DNA of 64,000 bases. Source: Asterias rubens (lineage: Eukaryota). The DNA is taken from NCBI RefSeq assembly GCF_902459465.1, contig NC_047082.1, positions 1,488,001 to 1,552,000 of the forward strand, read 5' to 3'. How positions within the stretch are numbered: position 1 is the first letter of the stretch; every line of letters starts with the position of its first letter. This document shows positions 34,738 to 49,100 of the stretch, piece after piece. The notes beneath the pieces are model-generated. The model saw only the letters and a program-made list of their open reading frames with translations. It searched no databases and was not told the DNA's origin. The position numbers were made by a program, and so were the translations under genes.

Positions 34738-37700
34738 ATGATTTGGGTCACATTTACGCTGGTATGTATGCAAAATATTTTGTCATATTTATTTCATTGC
34801 GGTGTTTTCTTATCTTTGTTTATGGCACTGGACATTCATTTTGGTAATTCTCCAAAGACCAGTATTAAAACTTGGTGTGTCCCAACACGAGCATCACAAT
34901 AAATCTGTGGAAATTTGGGCTCAATATTATTGGTCATCGAAGTAACAAGAAAATACTGAATGAAAAATCACCCTTATTCACAAATTTATGTGCTTTCAGA
35001 TGCATGAGAAGGGCCCCGGGCCTGAAGTTTTTTCAGATTAAAATAGTTTGGTGAGAAATTACCTCTCTTTCAACAATACGTTACTTCAGAAGGACTCGGT
35101 CATTTCTTTACAAGTTGTATATTCTCATCAGCTCTCCGTTAATCGTCACCAAGTGTAAGTTTTGATGCTAGAATATGTGGGTAATTACAAAACGTGTCCA
35201 GTGCCCTAAACAGACAATGCTCTATCGTATAAATGAGGAAAGTCACGAGAAACAGATTGTTTAAATTATTCATGGTAATTAGAAAACAATGTTATACTCT
35301 CTTAATGTAAAAGAGTGAAAACCCTTGTCCGCCATTGACCATTCTTGCAAGAGCCATATAATATTGCCGCAAACTCGTTTGTGAAATACGGGTACATTTA
35401 AATTTATTCAGAGTGAAGTTCGTTTTGGGAGTTCATTGAATTGGTTGTGTTTGAACTGAAAGGCGGTGTGAAGAGCAGCACTATTCGAGAGTTCAGGGCT
35501 TACTGTTCATCTCATGATGCATCTGATTAATGTTGACCATTCCATAAGCATTGTAGTTAAAGAAGTTCTTGCACAAAATGTTTGCAAATACGTATCAAAA
35601 TCATAAGAGATGTGATAGTTGTGATAGTTTGGATTTATGGAAAAACCTTACAGTTTAAATAGGAACTCAAAGGTCAAATTCAAATTTGTATTCAACACCC
35701 TTCCAGTTTTGTCAAATTTGTCAAAATGTCAAATTCAACGCCGTTTTGATTGCTTAGCGACAATGAGGATAAACCAATAATTCCCCATACAAATTGTTCA
35801 AACCCAAAATTGAATTTTTACCTTGGAGTTCTTCTTTAAGCTGTGTTAGCCTGGAAGTATTTATTCTGACCTTGCCAATTAATGTAATTTGACCATTCCA
35901 GAAGCATTGTAGTTAACCCTCTAGTCCCTGCACCGCCCGAGTTTCTGAAAACCAATTTTTCAAGATTCTTGCAGTAAATAACTGGAATCGTAGTTCAATT
36001 TTTAAAAGATAGCTTAATATTTATGCACAATTTTTTACCCTTTCGGTAATGTTTGTATAAAAGTACAAGCTCCCATTGGGAACAATAATCGGCTCTCTAA
36101 TATTTTTTTGTAAGGATAAAATGGACACAATAGCTTTTCAAGGCTTTAATCTGACTCAATGCTCAAACTAATTAAATGCGAAGGCGTTAGTTTTCGACAA
36201 TATCAATATTAATGATGAATAAATACAGTTTCCTTTGTGTTTACTAATTGGTATGAGCTAAATTATTTCATCGTCATTAGCTTCGATGAAATAATTTAGC
36301 TCATACTAATTAGTAAGCACAAAGGAAACTGTATTTATTCATCATTAATGATTGATGATATTGTCGAAAACTAACGCCTTCGCATTTAATTAGTATGAGC
36401 ATTGAGCCAGATAAAAGCCTTGAAAAGCTATTGTGTCCATTTTATCCTTACAAAAAAATATTCGAGAGCTGATTATTGTTCCCAATGGGAGCTTGTACTT
36501 TTATACAAACATTACCAAAAGGGTAAAAAATTGTGCATAAATATTAAGCTATCGGTTAAAAATTGAACTACGATTCCAGTTGTTTACTGCAAGAATCTTG
36601 AAAAATTGGTTTTCAGAAACTCGGGTGGTGCAGTGAAAGTTCTTGCACAAAATGTTTGCAAATACGTATCAAAATCATAAGAGATGTGATAGTTGTGATA
36701 GTTTGGATTTATGGAACAACCTTACAGTTTAAATAGGAACTCAAAGGTCAAATTCAAATTTGTATTCAATACCCTTCCAGTTTTTGTCAAATTTGTCAAA
36801 ATGTCAAATTCAACGCCGTTTTGATTGCTTAGCGACAATGAGGATAAACCAATAATTCCCCATACAAATTGTTCAAACCCAAAATTGAATTTGACCTTGG
36901 TGTTCTTCTTTAAGCTGTGTTAGCCTGGAAGTATTTATTCTGACCTTGCCAATTAATGTAATTTGACCATTCCAGAAGCATTGTAGTTAAAGAAGTTCTT
37001 GCACAAATTGTTTGCAATAAAGTATCAAAATCATAAGAGATGGGATAGTTGTGATAGTTTTGATTTATGGAACAACCTTACAGTTTAAACTGTGTTAGCC
37101 TGGAAGTATTTATTCTGACCTTGCCAATTAGGTCGATTTTTTGTAATTTTTTAAATTCACTGAAATTGTTGACTGATTGTGAAACATACAGAAAACCCCA
37201 TTTTGCACATGTGATGTTTTGGATTGTTAATGTTATTACCATTAAATTTTTATTAAAAAGTTGTTATCTTGAAATTCATGTTGTAGTCGCCAAGTCTCAG
37301 TATTTATGATGTGTCCATTTATTACAGCCCTAAACTCCATGAAATAACACTTTGCTAGTATTCAACACAAGCATTGTGTATATTATTACCAGTTTTTAAG
37401 GCACACAGTTTACATTAAAAATCGGTAAAATCTATACTGCAAAATTGAGTAATTATTTTACATGAGTGGATTTATACCCAGCAATTCAGTAAAAAAAATA
37501 CCCAATATTGATGTAAAGTTTTACACAACTATTTACATTGTAAAGCGGTAAAGTCTTACGTCACAATTAAGTAATATTTTACATGAGTGGGTTTACCCAA
37601 CAATTCAGTAAAGAAAACTACCCAATATTTATGTAAACTTTTACACAGCTATTAAGCAAGATATTACCCAACGCCTGTTGGGTAAAGTTTTACCTAATAG

Positions 37701-40700
37701 TTATGGTGTTCGCCCACTACATCTAAAACAGGTAATATTTTACACAAGTTGTGTAATCTTTCCTCTGTGTGTAGTACTGGACACTATTGGTTTATTACTC
37801 AAAATAATTGCGAGCATAAAACTTTCTTGGTGACGAGTAATGGAGAGCTGTTGATAGCTTTTGTATCAATACAAATCTAAAACCTTACGGACATACAACA
37901 TACCGTAGACCCAATGTTAATACTTTGTTCTTAATTTATGCACAGGTTTTACTATTCGGAGCAACAACGTGTAAGTACAGTTTCACTTAAGTTTGTTGTT
38001 AAACAATAAATCACAAGTTAATGACCATAAAAATTATTTGGAAAAAGAGCACTGGAGAGCTGGTTATCTTTAAAAATGAAGACTCGATGAAAGAGGTAAT
38101 TTTTCACCTACATAATTTGAATCCGCGGAAGGTCTCATGAAGCACACAATAAGGCAATAGATGTATATTTTCTTACCAATTTTCAAACTTCAGCCGAAAT
38201 TTCACAAGTATAACCGTGTACCCCGTATAGCATGCTACCAAATTGTGTCTCAGAATTCATAACATCATTAACACTTCCTTCTGTTTAAATGTTTATTATG
38301 CTAAGCTCATTGAGTACCTTATTGGTAGTTGCTAAAGACCTCGATGCCAGTTAATTAGGTTTGTGTGATGAAAGTACTGGTATTTCACAATACCAAAAGT
38401 GTGTTCAATAATATGTCGATCGTTTTGCGTTGGTTATGCAAAATGTTTTTACTTATAATGTTTTGTTTCATAATTACCAGTGAGCCAACAAACTAGCCAA
38501 TCCACAGCTTCATCTCCAGCAGTGACCCAACAAACCACTAGTTCAACCAGCCAACCCACAGCTTTATCTTCAGCACTGACCCAACAAACCACTAGTTCAA
38601 CTAGCCAACCCACAGCTTCATCTTCAGCACTGACCCAACAAACCACTAGTTCAACAAGCCAACCCACAGCTTCATCTTCAGCACTGACCCAACAAACCAC
38701 TAGTTCAACTAGCCAATCCACAGCTTCATCTCCAGTGACGCAACAGACCACTAGTTCAACCAGCCAATCCACGGCTTTATCTCCAGCACTGACCCAACAA
38801 ATTACTAGTTCAACTAGCCAATCCTCAGCTTCATCTCCAGCACTGACCCAACAAAGCACTAGTTCAACCAGCCAACCCACAGCTTTATCTCCAGCACTGA
38901 CCCAACAAATTACTAGTTCAACTAGCCAATCCTCAGCTTCATCTCCAGTGACGCAACAGACCACTAGTTCAACTAGCCAACCCACGGCTTCATCTCCAGC
39001 ACTGACCCAACAAACCACTAGTTCAACTAGCCAACCCACAGCTTCATCTTCAGCACTGACCCAACAAACCACTAGTTCAACTAGCCAATCCACGGCTTCA
39101 TCTCCAGCACCGACCCAACAAAGCACTAGTTCAACTAGCCAATCCACGGCTTCATCTCCAGCACTGACCCAACAAACCACTAGTTCAACTAGCCAATCCA
39201 CGGCTTCATCTCCAGCACTGACCCAACAAAGCACTAGTTCAACTAGCCAACCCACAGCTTTATCTCCAGCACTGACCCAACAAATTACTAGTTCAACTAG
39301 CCAATCCTCAGCTTCATCTCCAGCAGTGACCCAACAAACCACTAGTTCAACCAGCCAACCCACAGCTTTATCTTCAGCACTGACCCAACAAACCACTAGT
39401 TCAACTAGCCAACCCACAGCTTCATCTTCAGCACTGACCCAACAAACCACTAGTTCAACAAGCCAACCCACAGCTTCATCTTCAGCACTGACCCAACAAA
39501 CCACTAGTTCAACTAGCCAATCCACAGCTTCATCTCCAGTGACGCAACAGACCACTAGTTCAACCAGCCAATCCACGGCTTTATCTCCAGCACTGACCCA
39601 ACAAATTACTAGTTCAACTAGCCAATCCTCAGCTTCATCTCCAGCACTGACCCAACAAAGCACTAGTTCAACCAGCCAACCCACAGCTTTATCTCCAGCA
39701 CTGACCCAACAAATTACTAGTTCAACTAGCCAATCCTCAGCTTCATCTCCAGTGACGCAACAGACCACTAGTTCAACTAGCCAACCCACGGCTTCATCTC
39801 TAGCACTGACCCAACAAACCACTAGTTCAACTAGCCAACCCACAGCTTCATCTTCAGCACTGACCCAACAAACCACTAGTTCAACTAGCCAATCCACGGC
39901 TTCATCTCCAGCACTGACCCAACAAAGCACTAGTTCAACTAGCCAATCCACGGCTTCATCTCCAGCACTGACCCAACAAACCACTAGTTCAACTAGCCAA
40001 TCCACGGCTTCATCTCCAGCACTGACCCAACAAAGCACTAGTTCAACTAGCCAACCCACAGCTTTATCTCCAGCACTGACCCAACAAATTACTAGTTCAA
40101 GTAGCCAATCCTCAGCTTCATCTCCAGTACTGACCCAACAAACCACTAGTTCAACTAGCCAATCCACGGCTTCATCTCCAGCACTGACCCAACAAACCAC
40201 TAGTTCAACTAGCCAACCCACAGCTTCATCTTCAGCACTGACCCAACAAACCACTAGTTCAACTAGCCAACCCACAGCTTCATCTCCAGCACTGACCCAA
40301 CAAACCACTAGTTCAACTAGTCAATCCACGGCTACATCTCCAATGACCCAACAAACCACTAGTTCAACTAGCCGGTCCACAGCTTCATCTCCAATGACCC
40401 AACAAACCACTAGTTCAACTAGCAAATCCACAGCTTCATCTCCAGCACTGATCCAACAAACCACTAGTTCAACTAGCCAATCCACAGCTTCATCTCCAGC
40501 ACTGATCCAACAAACCACTAGTTCAACTAGCCAGTCCACAGCTTCATCTCCAGCACTGACTCAACAAACCACTAGACCAACTAGCCAACCCAATGCTCCA
40601 TCTTCAATGACCCAACAATCCACCATTTCAACTAGCCAACCCAATGCTCCATCTTCAATGACCCAGCAATCCACCATTTCAACTAGCCAATCCACAACTT

Positions 40701-43151
40701 TAGCAACTGACTCATCAATCCAAGAAACCACTACACCATTGATTTTTACTGCGTGTGGAGAAGAAGTCAATTCCTATGAGGTAGATACTTTATGATTAAT
40801 AAAGGCAACACTTTTCTTTAACTTTAAATCAACCCGCTTGGGGGTCTATTGAGTTTTGGGAATTCAGTGAATAATGTAAAATAAAATCTAAAATCTAAAA
40901 TCATTTCAAAACTTCTGATTAATGGACCTGACTTGACTAAACTGGGTCGTATATTGAATGTGACTGGGCTTGGTTCGACTTGACCTGGCTCGTTTTGGAC
41001 CAGTCTGAACTGAACTGGACCAAATAAGGGGAACTGACCTTGACTGGACTGGACTGGATTGAACTGGATCGGACTGGAATTGGCCGGCCTTGGCATGATT
41101 CGACTTGACTCGTCGTATTTGGACTAGTCTGGACCGATTGGCTGAACTGTACATGATAGACTGGACTGACATTGACTGAATATTAGATAGAACTGGTTCG
41201 GACTTAACTTGACTGGACTTTGCAAGATTTGACTCGCAATCGGGACCGGACTTTGGCTGAACTAAACTTGACTTGACTGACTTGAACTGGATTGGACTGG
41301 ACCAAACCGGACAAGACTTTGCTGAACTATACACTTTACTATAATATCTTCTCCCTTCAGGCGGCATTGCGATGCAGTTCCAGCAATTTCTTTGATAACA
41401 TGGAAAGTCCCAGTGAAACCGATGCTCTAACAGACAGTCAGGAAAGGGAACTAACGCAAATTATAAAAAGCGTTTCGTCCTTGTCTTCTGAGCAGCTGAC
41501 GACGAACGAGACGACTGCAGTGGCCCAGGTGAGAATTAGATTCTCGAATTATTTTCAGACAATTATTGTTGTTTGCGGTTTCATTTTCGTATCATTACGC
41601 GTTTTTTTTTTTGTTTTTTTTTACTTCCAGCTTGTCCTCGCAGCATTTTCGGAGCTGACCAATCCAAAGCAAGACTTGGTAAGTTACTCACTCCTAAGTA
41701 ATCATTCCCTGAGTTGTATAGGCCCTTTCGAAACCACGGCTTCGGCTCCAGATTCGTCTCAGGCTATAAGCTTTGCCTTGCGGTTGCTTTGACCATTTGT
41801 GCGTGCTTTACGTACACGGGCGTGCTCAGGGCTCCAGACGAGAGGACGGAGCCTGAAGCCGAATCAAAAGCCAAAGTCGTGGATTCGGTTTGGCGCCCTA
41901 AAGGCTCCCATAGGCTGGTATCCCTGTATTTTTATTTTCAAAACCGACTTTTGACAGTTCCATTCCGTTTTTATACATTGTTTCGCCAAAATTGTATTTT
42001 TGTTTAAAACATATTTTTAGTCAACCGAAGAAGAACTATCAGTTGTGGCTGAGACAGAAGTTGCTCTTGAAAAGTTGGCCGAAACACTTCCCGACGGGAG
42101 TTGTACGTCGATTGAATATTCGGCAAACAGTGAGTAAAATCTATCGCCGTTTACGAAAACATAGGCTTGGGTTTAGGCTCTGTTAGTATATTTGAAAAGG
42201 GAGTGCTTTCATTGTACTTGGGCCCGAAGCCAAAGTCCAATCTGAGAACTTGGTTTCGAAAAGGGCCTTGCGAAGAGTTGCACTTTTAAAAAAAAAACGG
42301 TTATTTTTCCCATAATGGGATAACGATGATTTAAAAGGGGCGCTATCTTTAGAAAAAAATCTTACACAATTCACCATCTCCTACCATATGGGGGCGTGTG
42401 AACTTTGGTTCAACCCTATTTACAACACACAACCTCTTTGCCATGAGTGCTATAGTTGATCACTCTCCCCGCTGAAGATGTCACAATACAATCATGATTC
42501 GTATGAATCATTTTAGATGCCGCACTTTGCCGCTCTTCATCGTTGCAAAACCTGACTGGTGGGTACAAGTTCAATACTGACGGGGCTCAGCTTGGGAGTT
42601 TGAACTTTGACCTCTCGCAGGCAGATCCTGATGCTGGTAAGAAAACAAAAGACTGATGCGGTACTAGTATTGATTGGTGATGTTGATTCGCAACACGAAT
42701 ACTATCCAAAACACGAACTACTGGAGGAGAGATATAGTATCACACAAACATATTGGAGATGTGTAGACTTGCTCCAGTCCTCCGAATTGGGCTCTTAACC
42801 AGTCGATGTAGCACTCTCTACCGGTGATTAATATGAAAACAGTATCTCCAATCAAGACTAACGCAGTACAGACCATGTAACCTTTGTTTACTGAAAGCGT
42901 TACCTTGTACATTCCAAGGCCTTTTTGGCAGGCAGCACTGCAACAAATGGGGTGTTAAAAATGACACCACGTGGGTGTGGTTAGATTATAGTTGTAACCA
43001 CAATGTATACAATACTTCTTTTGTATTTATATTTATTGTGTGCTTTTTGCTGGTTTATTTATTTTATTCGTTATTATTTTGATTGGTTCGTTGCTTTTCG
43101 TTTAACTTTTGCTGTACTTTTTGATGTACTTGTATTTGTTGAGGTCAAATA

Positions 43152-43188
<37 letters not shown>

Positions 43189-46100
43189 CTTTTGTAATTT
43201 TGCAGACAGCTTCACCTTGGTGATTTTGAGGAAGGAAAACAAAGAGAGTGAAGTCAATATAGAGTAAGTTTATTTTTATTTTTACTTTGTCAAAAAAAAT
43301 CGTAATTTTTCAGATCGTAGTAATATTGTGGTAATTGTTTTCAATGGTACTGAAAAAGTGTCGTTTAAAAATTGATAACAAAATAAAGTTTTTTACATTC
43401 ATATTTTTAATTTTTATTCTACAGAAACTTTCAATCGTCAAGTCACGACGACTCGATCAAACACAGCTCAGTTGGAGTGAACAGCGCCCTTTTGTCTTTC
43501 TCTTTCTCAGTTGAAGGACAGCGGCAGTCAGTTCCAGTAGATTTCGGTTTGAATAATTTAGCAGTAAGCAAAAAGGAAACCCGGGTATCAATGTGTACTA
43601 CTCGGTGGTAGAATGTGCGCAAATACTAAGTGAGAGTTGTGGCCCTTGCATTATGACGTCACGAGCTCAAAAACGCCCTCAACGAGGCCATAATATCTAT
43701 AATTAGCTTAGAGCAAGTTCGAGTGGGCACAAATAGTCGCCTTCTGGTTGATTACTGATCAGCAATGTACATACAGTGACGCACTCACTCGAACGACTCA
43801 TTTGGAAGTCTAGTCAACCTTCTGCTATTTCGCTATAGTGTCATTGGTTCCCATGCGCTTTAGACATGTTAGAATAGGAAATGCTGTTGGGACCAGTGAA
43901 GAAACAATGAGCTCGAGGCTGGTTCCAACTGGTCGACCACTGTCTTTATCATTGCGGATAAAGACATGGGACCACTCTTGGCTGAGAGTTGGCCGATGCA
44001 CGTAGGTATCGCGTGCACATTTCACTTGTTTGATCTCAGAGCAATGGCGGCATATGCAATGGTTCTGTTCAACAAACCGAGCACGTGCTCAATCAAATGC
44101 TGTGCGTTGAACCTAAAGTAGTGTAGCAATTTTCCATTACCTTTGGGTTCTTTCTAATATCAATTTACCTTTTTGTTTTGTAGGAGGTATACGACCAGCC
44201 ATTTACCATTCAGGGAAGGAATGGCATTACAAGAAATCCAATCTGTGTCTTTTGGCAGACGATCGATAAGTATGACAGTTGTTCTTAAGAGACCCATTCT
44301 TTCAATAGTTCTTAACCTCAATACAAAAACTCTTGAAAACATTGCAACACAAAAGGAGGCACCATATACTTAATTGACTTCAGTTATCGTTTAACTTTAT
44401 TGAACAGGAAAATTTCCTGTTCAATCCTCTTTCACCTGTGTGTGTTTCAGACCGACTTCTCCCCTTTTTTGCTCAACAGAGAATGGTCAACTTGGGGATG
44501 CACAAAGATGGACTCTCTGTCATCTAAAGACCTTACTCAGTGTTCATGCAACCATTCTACAAATTTCGCTGTTCTGATGCAGGTACTAAAAGTGACTGGT
44601 TGTGTGCTTTGTTCCAATTCCAATATCAGGCGTTTTTTCGAAACTACGGGCTTGGGTTCGCGGGCTTCGGTGTCAGATGCAATTGTGTCCGCCATGCAAT
44701 ACTATCCGCTCCGGACACTTTTGCATATGCAATCGTGTCCGGGGCTATGCAAAAACCATGACTGTACATGTATGTGCACGCGTAAGCGAGTGTGCATGCA
44801 CTGAACCTACGTATATGCAGCATGAATATTCACGTATTTTTATGATTGCAGCGAATATCCAACGGCCGAACATTTTTAATGTCATTCATGACATGCACTT
44901 TAATAGCTTGTAAGGACGGTTTTGCACGGGGGCGGACACAACTGCATATGCAATGTCCGGGCGGGCACAATTGCATTATGTTGCAGCGTCAGGGCGGACA
45001 CGATTGCATATGCAAATCCGTCTGGCGGACATTAATGCATATGCAATAGTGTCCTCCTGATAGTCTTCAAGAAATATCTCAAAACACACCTGTTCAACTG
45101 ATTTGCTTGCTTTTATTTATTCTTTGCTCTTTGTTTATTTTGTGTGTACAGCGCTGTGGTACTTTCCCCTGTTAGTTAGAGNNNNNNNNNNNNNNNNNNN
45201 NNNNNNNNNNNNNNNNNNNNNNNNNNNNNNNNNNNNNNNNNNNNNNNNNNNNNNNNNNNNNNNNNNNNNNNNNNNNNNNNNNNNNNNNNNNNNNNNNNNN
45301 NNNNNNNNNNNNNNNNNNNNNNNNNGCACACAGACTGTCAATAATGACGTTACCGTCCAACAGATTTACGGTGGCCCTGAGGAAACACCACAAACAATTT
45401 GAAAGTCTTTCATGGTGTACATATTTGAACTTGTTACTTTTCTTACACACAGGTTACTTCTGATGACTCCAGTTCGCAAGCTCTGACACTCATCACGTAT
45501 ATCGGGTGCGGCACATCCATTGCTGGATTACTCCTTACTCTATCAATCTATGGTTTCCTATGGTGAGCAAAGATCCACTATTGCCAAGATCGTCTCCTCT
45601 TTCCTTACTGTGCCAACCACCCACTTTGTATGGTGTCGCATGCAATTATGTCCTCTATGCAATACTGTCCGGAGGACGACGTATGGTTTTGCGTATGCAA
45701 TCGTGTCCACCCGGACGCTGCTGAATAATGCAATTGTGTCCGCCCCAGACACATTTGCAGATGCAGTTGTGTCCGCCCCGTTCAAAACCGTCCTTGCAGT
45801 AAATTAAATGCCCTTGGTTGACGGAACACGTTCGCCATTTTTGTATAAGCTAAGTGCATGTCATGAATGACTTTTGAAATGTTCGGCCAATCGCTGCAAT
45901 AATAAAATACAGAATATTCATGCTGCATACGTAGGTTCAGTGCATGTACGCTCGATTACGCGCGCACATACATATACAGTACAGTTATGTACATGTCCGC
46001 CGGATGGTTTTTGCATAGCCCTGGACACGATTGCATATGCAAAAGTGTCCGGAGCGGACAGTATTGCATGGCGGACACAATTGCATCTGACAATGGCTTT

Positions 46101-49100
46101 CTTTTTTGTTTCGGTCAAGCACGCTCATTGGTCTATCCGGAAAATGCTCAGTCCCATCATGCATTACGCTCACACTGCTATGCACTGCACCAATGACGTA
46201 CTTCCTGTTCAAGATTCTGCACAAGCTGATATCTTGCCCAGACAAAAAAATACCGTGAACAATATTTCATTCCTATGTGGTTTGATAACTTGGAGTCTGT
46301 TTTATAATAATGTCCCTTTTCCTTGTTTTGTTCTAGGAGAATGCTGTGTTCAGACCGCACCTTCATTCACACCAATTTATCGATTTCAATCTTAGCAGCT
46401 CAGATCCTATTCATTGCTGGTATAAATAGAGTCGAAATCAAAGTGAGTAACTGACAATCGACAATGAGACACACCTTTATTATAACAAGATACTTGCAAC
46501 TTTCGCACCTTCCAGAAAATTTCAACAGATTTTCACTTGATCAAACTTCTTTCGCAGGTTGTGTGCAAAGTGATAGCCTTCTTTCTGCATTTCTTCTACC
46601 TGTCTGCCTTTGGTTGGATGTTGGTAGAGGGCGTGCATCTCTACATGAAGGTGGTCAAAGTCTATGGCAGTGAGAACATTAAGATATACCGCTACGTTCT
46701 CATCGGCTGGGTCGCACCTGCTGCAATTTGCTTGATATCAGTCGCTGTGAATGTTGAGGGGTACGGGACGGATCGTAGGTAAGAGACTAGTCTTGATTAG
46801 AGACGTTCGTTTGGTTGAGTTGTTGCCGGTATCACACGGCCAGAATTACTGGAGAAGAGATGTCTTTATCAAACAAACATCTGGATCTAAGGCCCGTGTC
46901 ACACGAGGCAATTACAGGCAATCAGTTCCAGGCAATATCCAAGAAGAAAGGCATTCACATTATAATGTGCACATATTTTTCTTATGGGTCGTATGACAAT
47001 GTTTGAAAAATGACTCATGTGCTACCAAAGTGGTCCTGTAGCATGTAATAGATGGTTGCCTTAAAGTTGCTTAGTGTGACGTGTGACAAGGTGATCAAGA
47101 TTCGTAGATTTGCCCAGTCCCTCCGAGTCAGTCGATGTTGTATCCATACTGGTGGCTTTTACAAAACTAGCGTCACCAATGGAGACTATGTTAAACAACA
47201 TAATTGTTGCTGTTGTTATAACTATTTGTAATATTATATGTGTGCTATTTTGTGTACAATCCTATAGTTGTTGGCTGGACACGACGTCTGGGGCGATATG
47301 GGCCTTCGTAGCTCCAGCTTTACTGGTCATAACGGTAAGAAATAGTTCAGCTATAACTAGTCTTGCAACCGAAACGTGCATAAGTTGTGTTTACTTGATA
47401 TTTTATTTTTCTTGCGCAAGTGCAAACTGTTGAATGGAGTGCATGCTGGTCTAGCTAGCGATCAGCATGCACCTCATTAACATGCCTAACGCGCACGTAC
47501 CGAGTATCTGCGATCAGGTCTAATGGAAATTTACCATGGATGTTTGCTGCCACCTATAGCTTTTCAAAGTTTTGGATTTTCCAAACTGCACTGTGTCATA
47601 TTGACATGTTATTGCTTATATTTTCCCATCAGTTCAACATGCTTGTTCTGGCGATGGTTGTTCGTATCGTGGTCCATTCAACTAAACTCCATCAAGAGAA
47701 ACAACATGACCACATCAAGTAAGAGAGAAGTTAGGATTCCATTTTCTTTTATCGCAGTGATTTTTTGAAATTTTCAAAAGTTGTTTTCCCCAGCATTTGG
47801 GGAAGAGGCAAACTACTCCCCGGTTAATCACAATGATGCAGTCCCAACTTGTACAGCATTCAAACCAAATCGAGAGTGGGTGGAGAGAAAAGTCTGATAC
47901 CCTTCTCAGAGAGTGTGTATCCCTATACATACATACGACTAATATTGGATACGGGGTACATGACGAATATTGACATAACATTTTCGTACTGATTTCCTCA
48001 AGTTACATCATAAAAATAAATTCTCATTTTCTTCTTTATGAACAGAGCTGGGTTGAAGGGCGCCCTCGTACTGCTGCCGATCCTGGGCATGACATGGCTC
48101 TTTGGAATGCTTGCCTTCAACAGCGCCACCATCGTTTTCCAGTATCTCTTCGTCATCTTCAATTCTTTCCAGGGACTCTTCATCTTTCTGATCTATTGCG
48201 TATTCAACTCAGAGGTCAGTGAACTTTCCATTTCAGTTACTTAACCTTCCATAATTAACTGAATATGAAATGGATGTCTGTTTCAGAGGATTCTAATAAT
48301 AGAGTATTTTGTTAAATACCAATCAGATGAAAGCTGCATTTGCTCGAAAAAGAGGGACAAGAATAAGAGCACTTGGATGGGGAACATCGAGCGGGGTGAG
48401 TACATACGTCTCGACTCGTTGTTCGTGACGAAAGACTCATCGATTACTGGTTCCTTATTCGTTGTTAATGTTTGTTTATTTGGGTTTTTTTCAATGGTTG
48501 GTTTTCAGTCCACATCCGGGCATGTCAGCAAGCAGGTCACGGAGTTAACATACTTGCCCAGCCCAGCCGACGGAGGGCGTAAAGATGCAGATGAATCTGC
48601 ATTCAATTTCGCCGAACAAGGTTACTTTTGCTCCTTCTCCTTCTCAATGGATTTCCCAAGGGCCTTTTCGAAACCACGGATTCTGATTGGGCCTTCGAAA
48701 GGCTTTCGTCTGCATCATAGCCTCATACTAGAAAGCGCACATTTGACACAGAGCCTGAGCTGGAGCCCAAGCCCAGAAGCCATGGTTTCGAAAGGGGCTA
48801 TGGGGAATTGTTGGCGGAAAGCATGAGGTCACTTGGCGCGTGTGTTTTAATGACCGCGACCAAATAAAAGTTTCTGTTACGGGTCATCTATCACTGAGCC
48901 AAAACCGAAACACTTGTATACGGCGTAAAAAGCGCATCTCTAGATTATCTAATGTATAATTAAAATTTTCTTATCAAATGATATTGTAAATTTTAAATCC
49001 ATTGCTTAGGCCTCAATGTGTTTATATTGTTCTCATTGTTACTCAGGGATTGCACCGCCAAGAATTGAAGCGCCTCTCCTGTCAAGTAAACCTAAGGTAA

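Noticed and set aside
38449-40308. 619-aa minus-strand ORF ([17 protein letters not shown] repeats)
   Set aside because: Antisense shadow of the mucin minisatellite. The + frame has proper splice sites and fits the aGPCR model.
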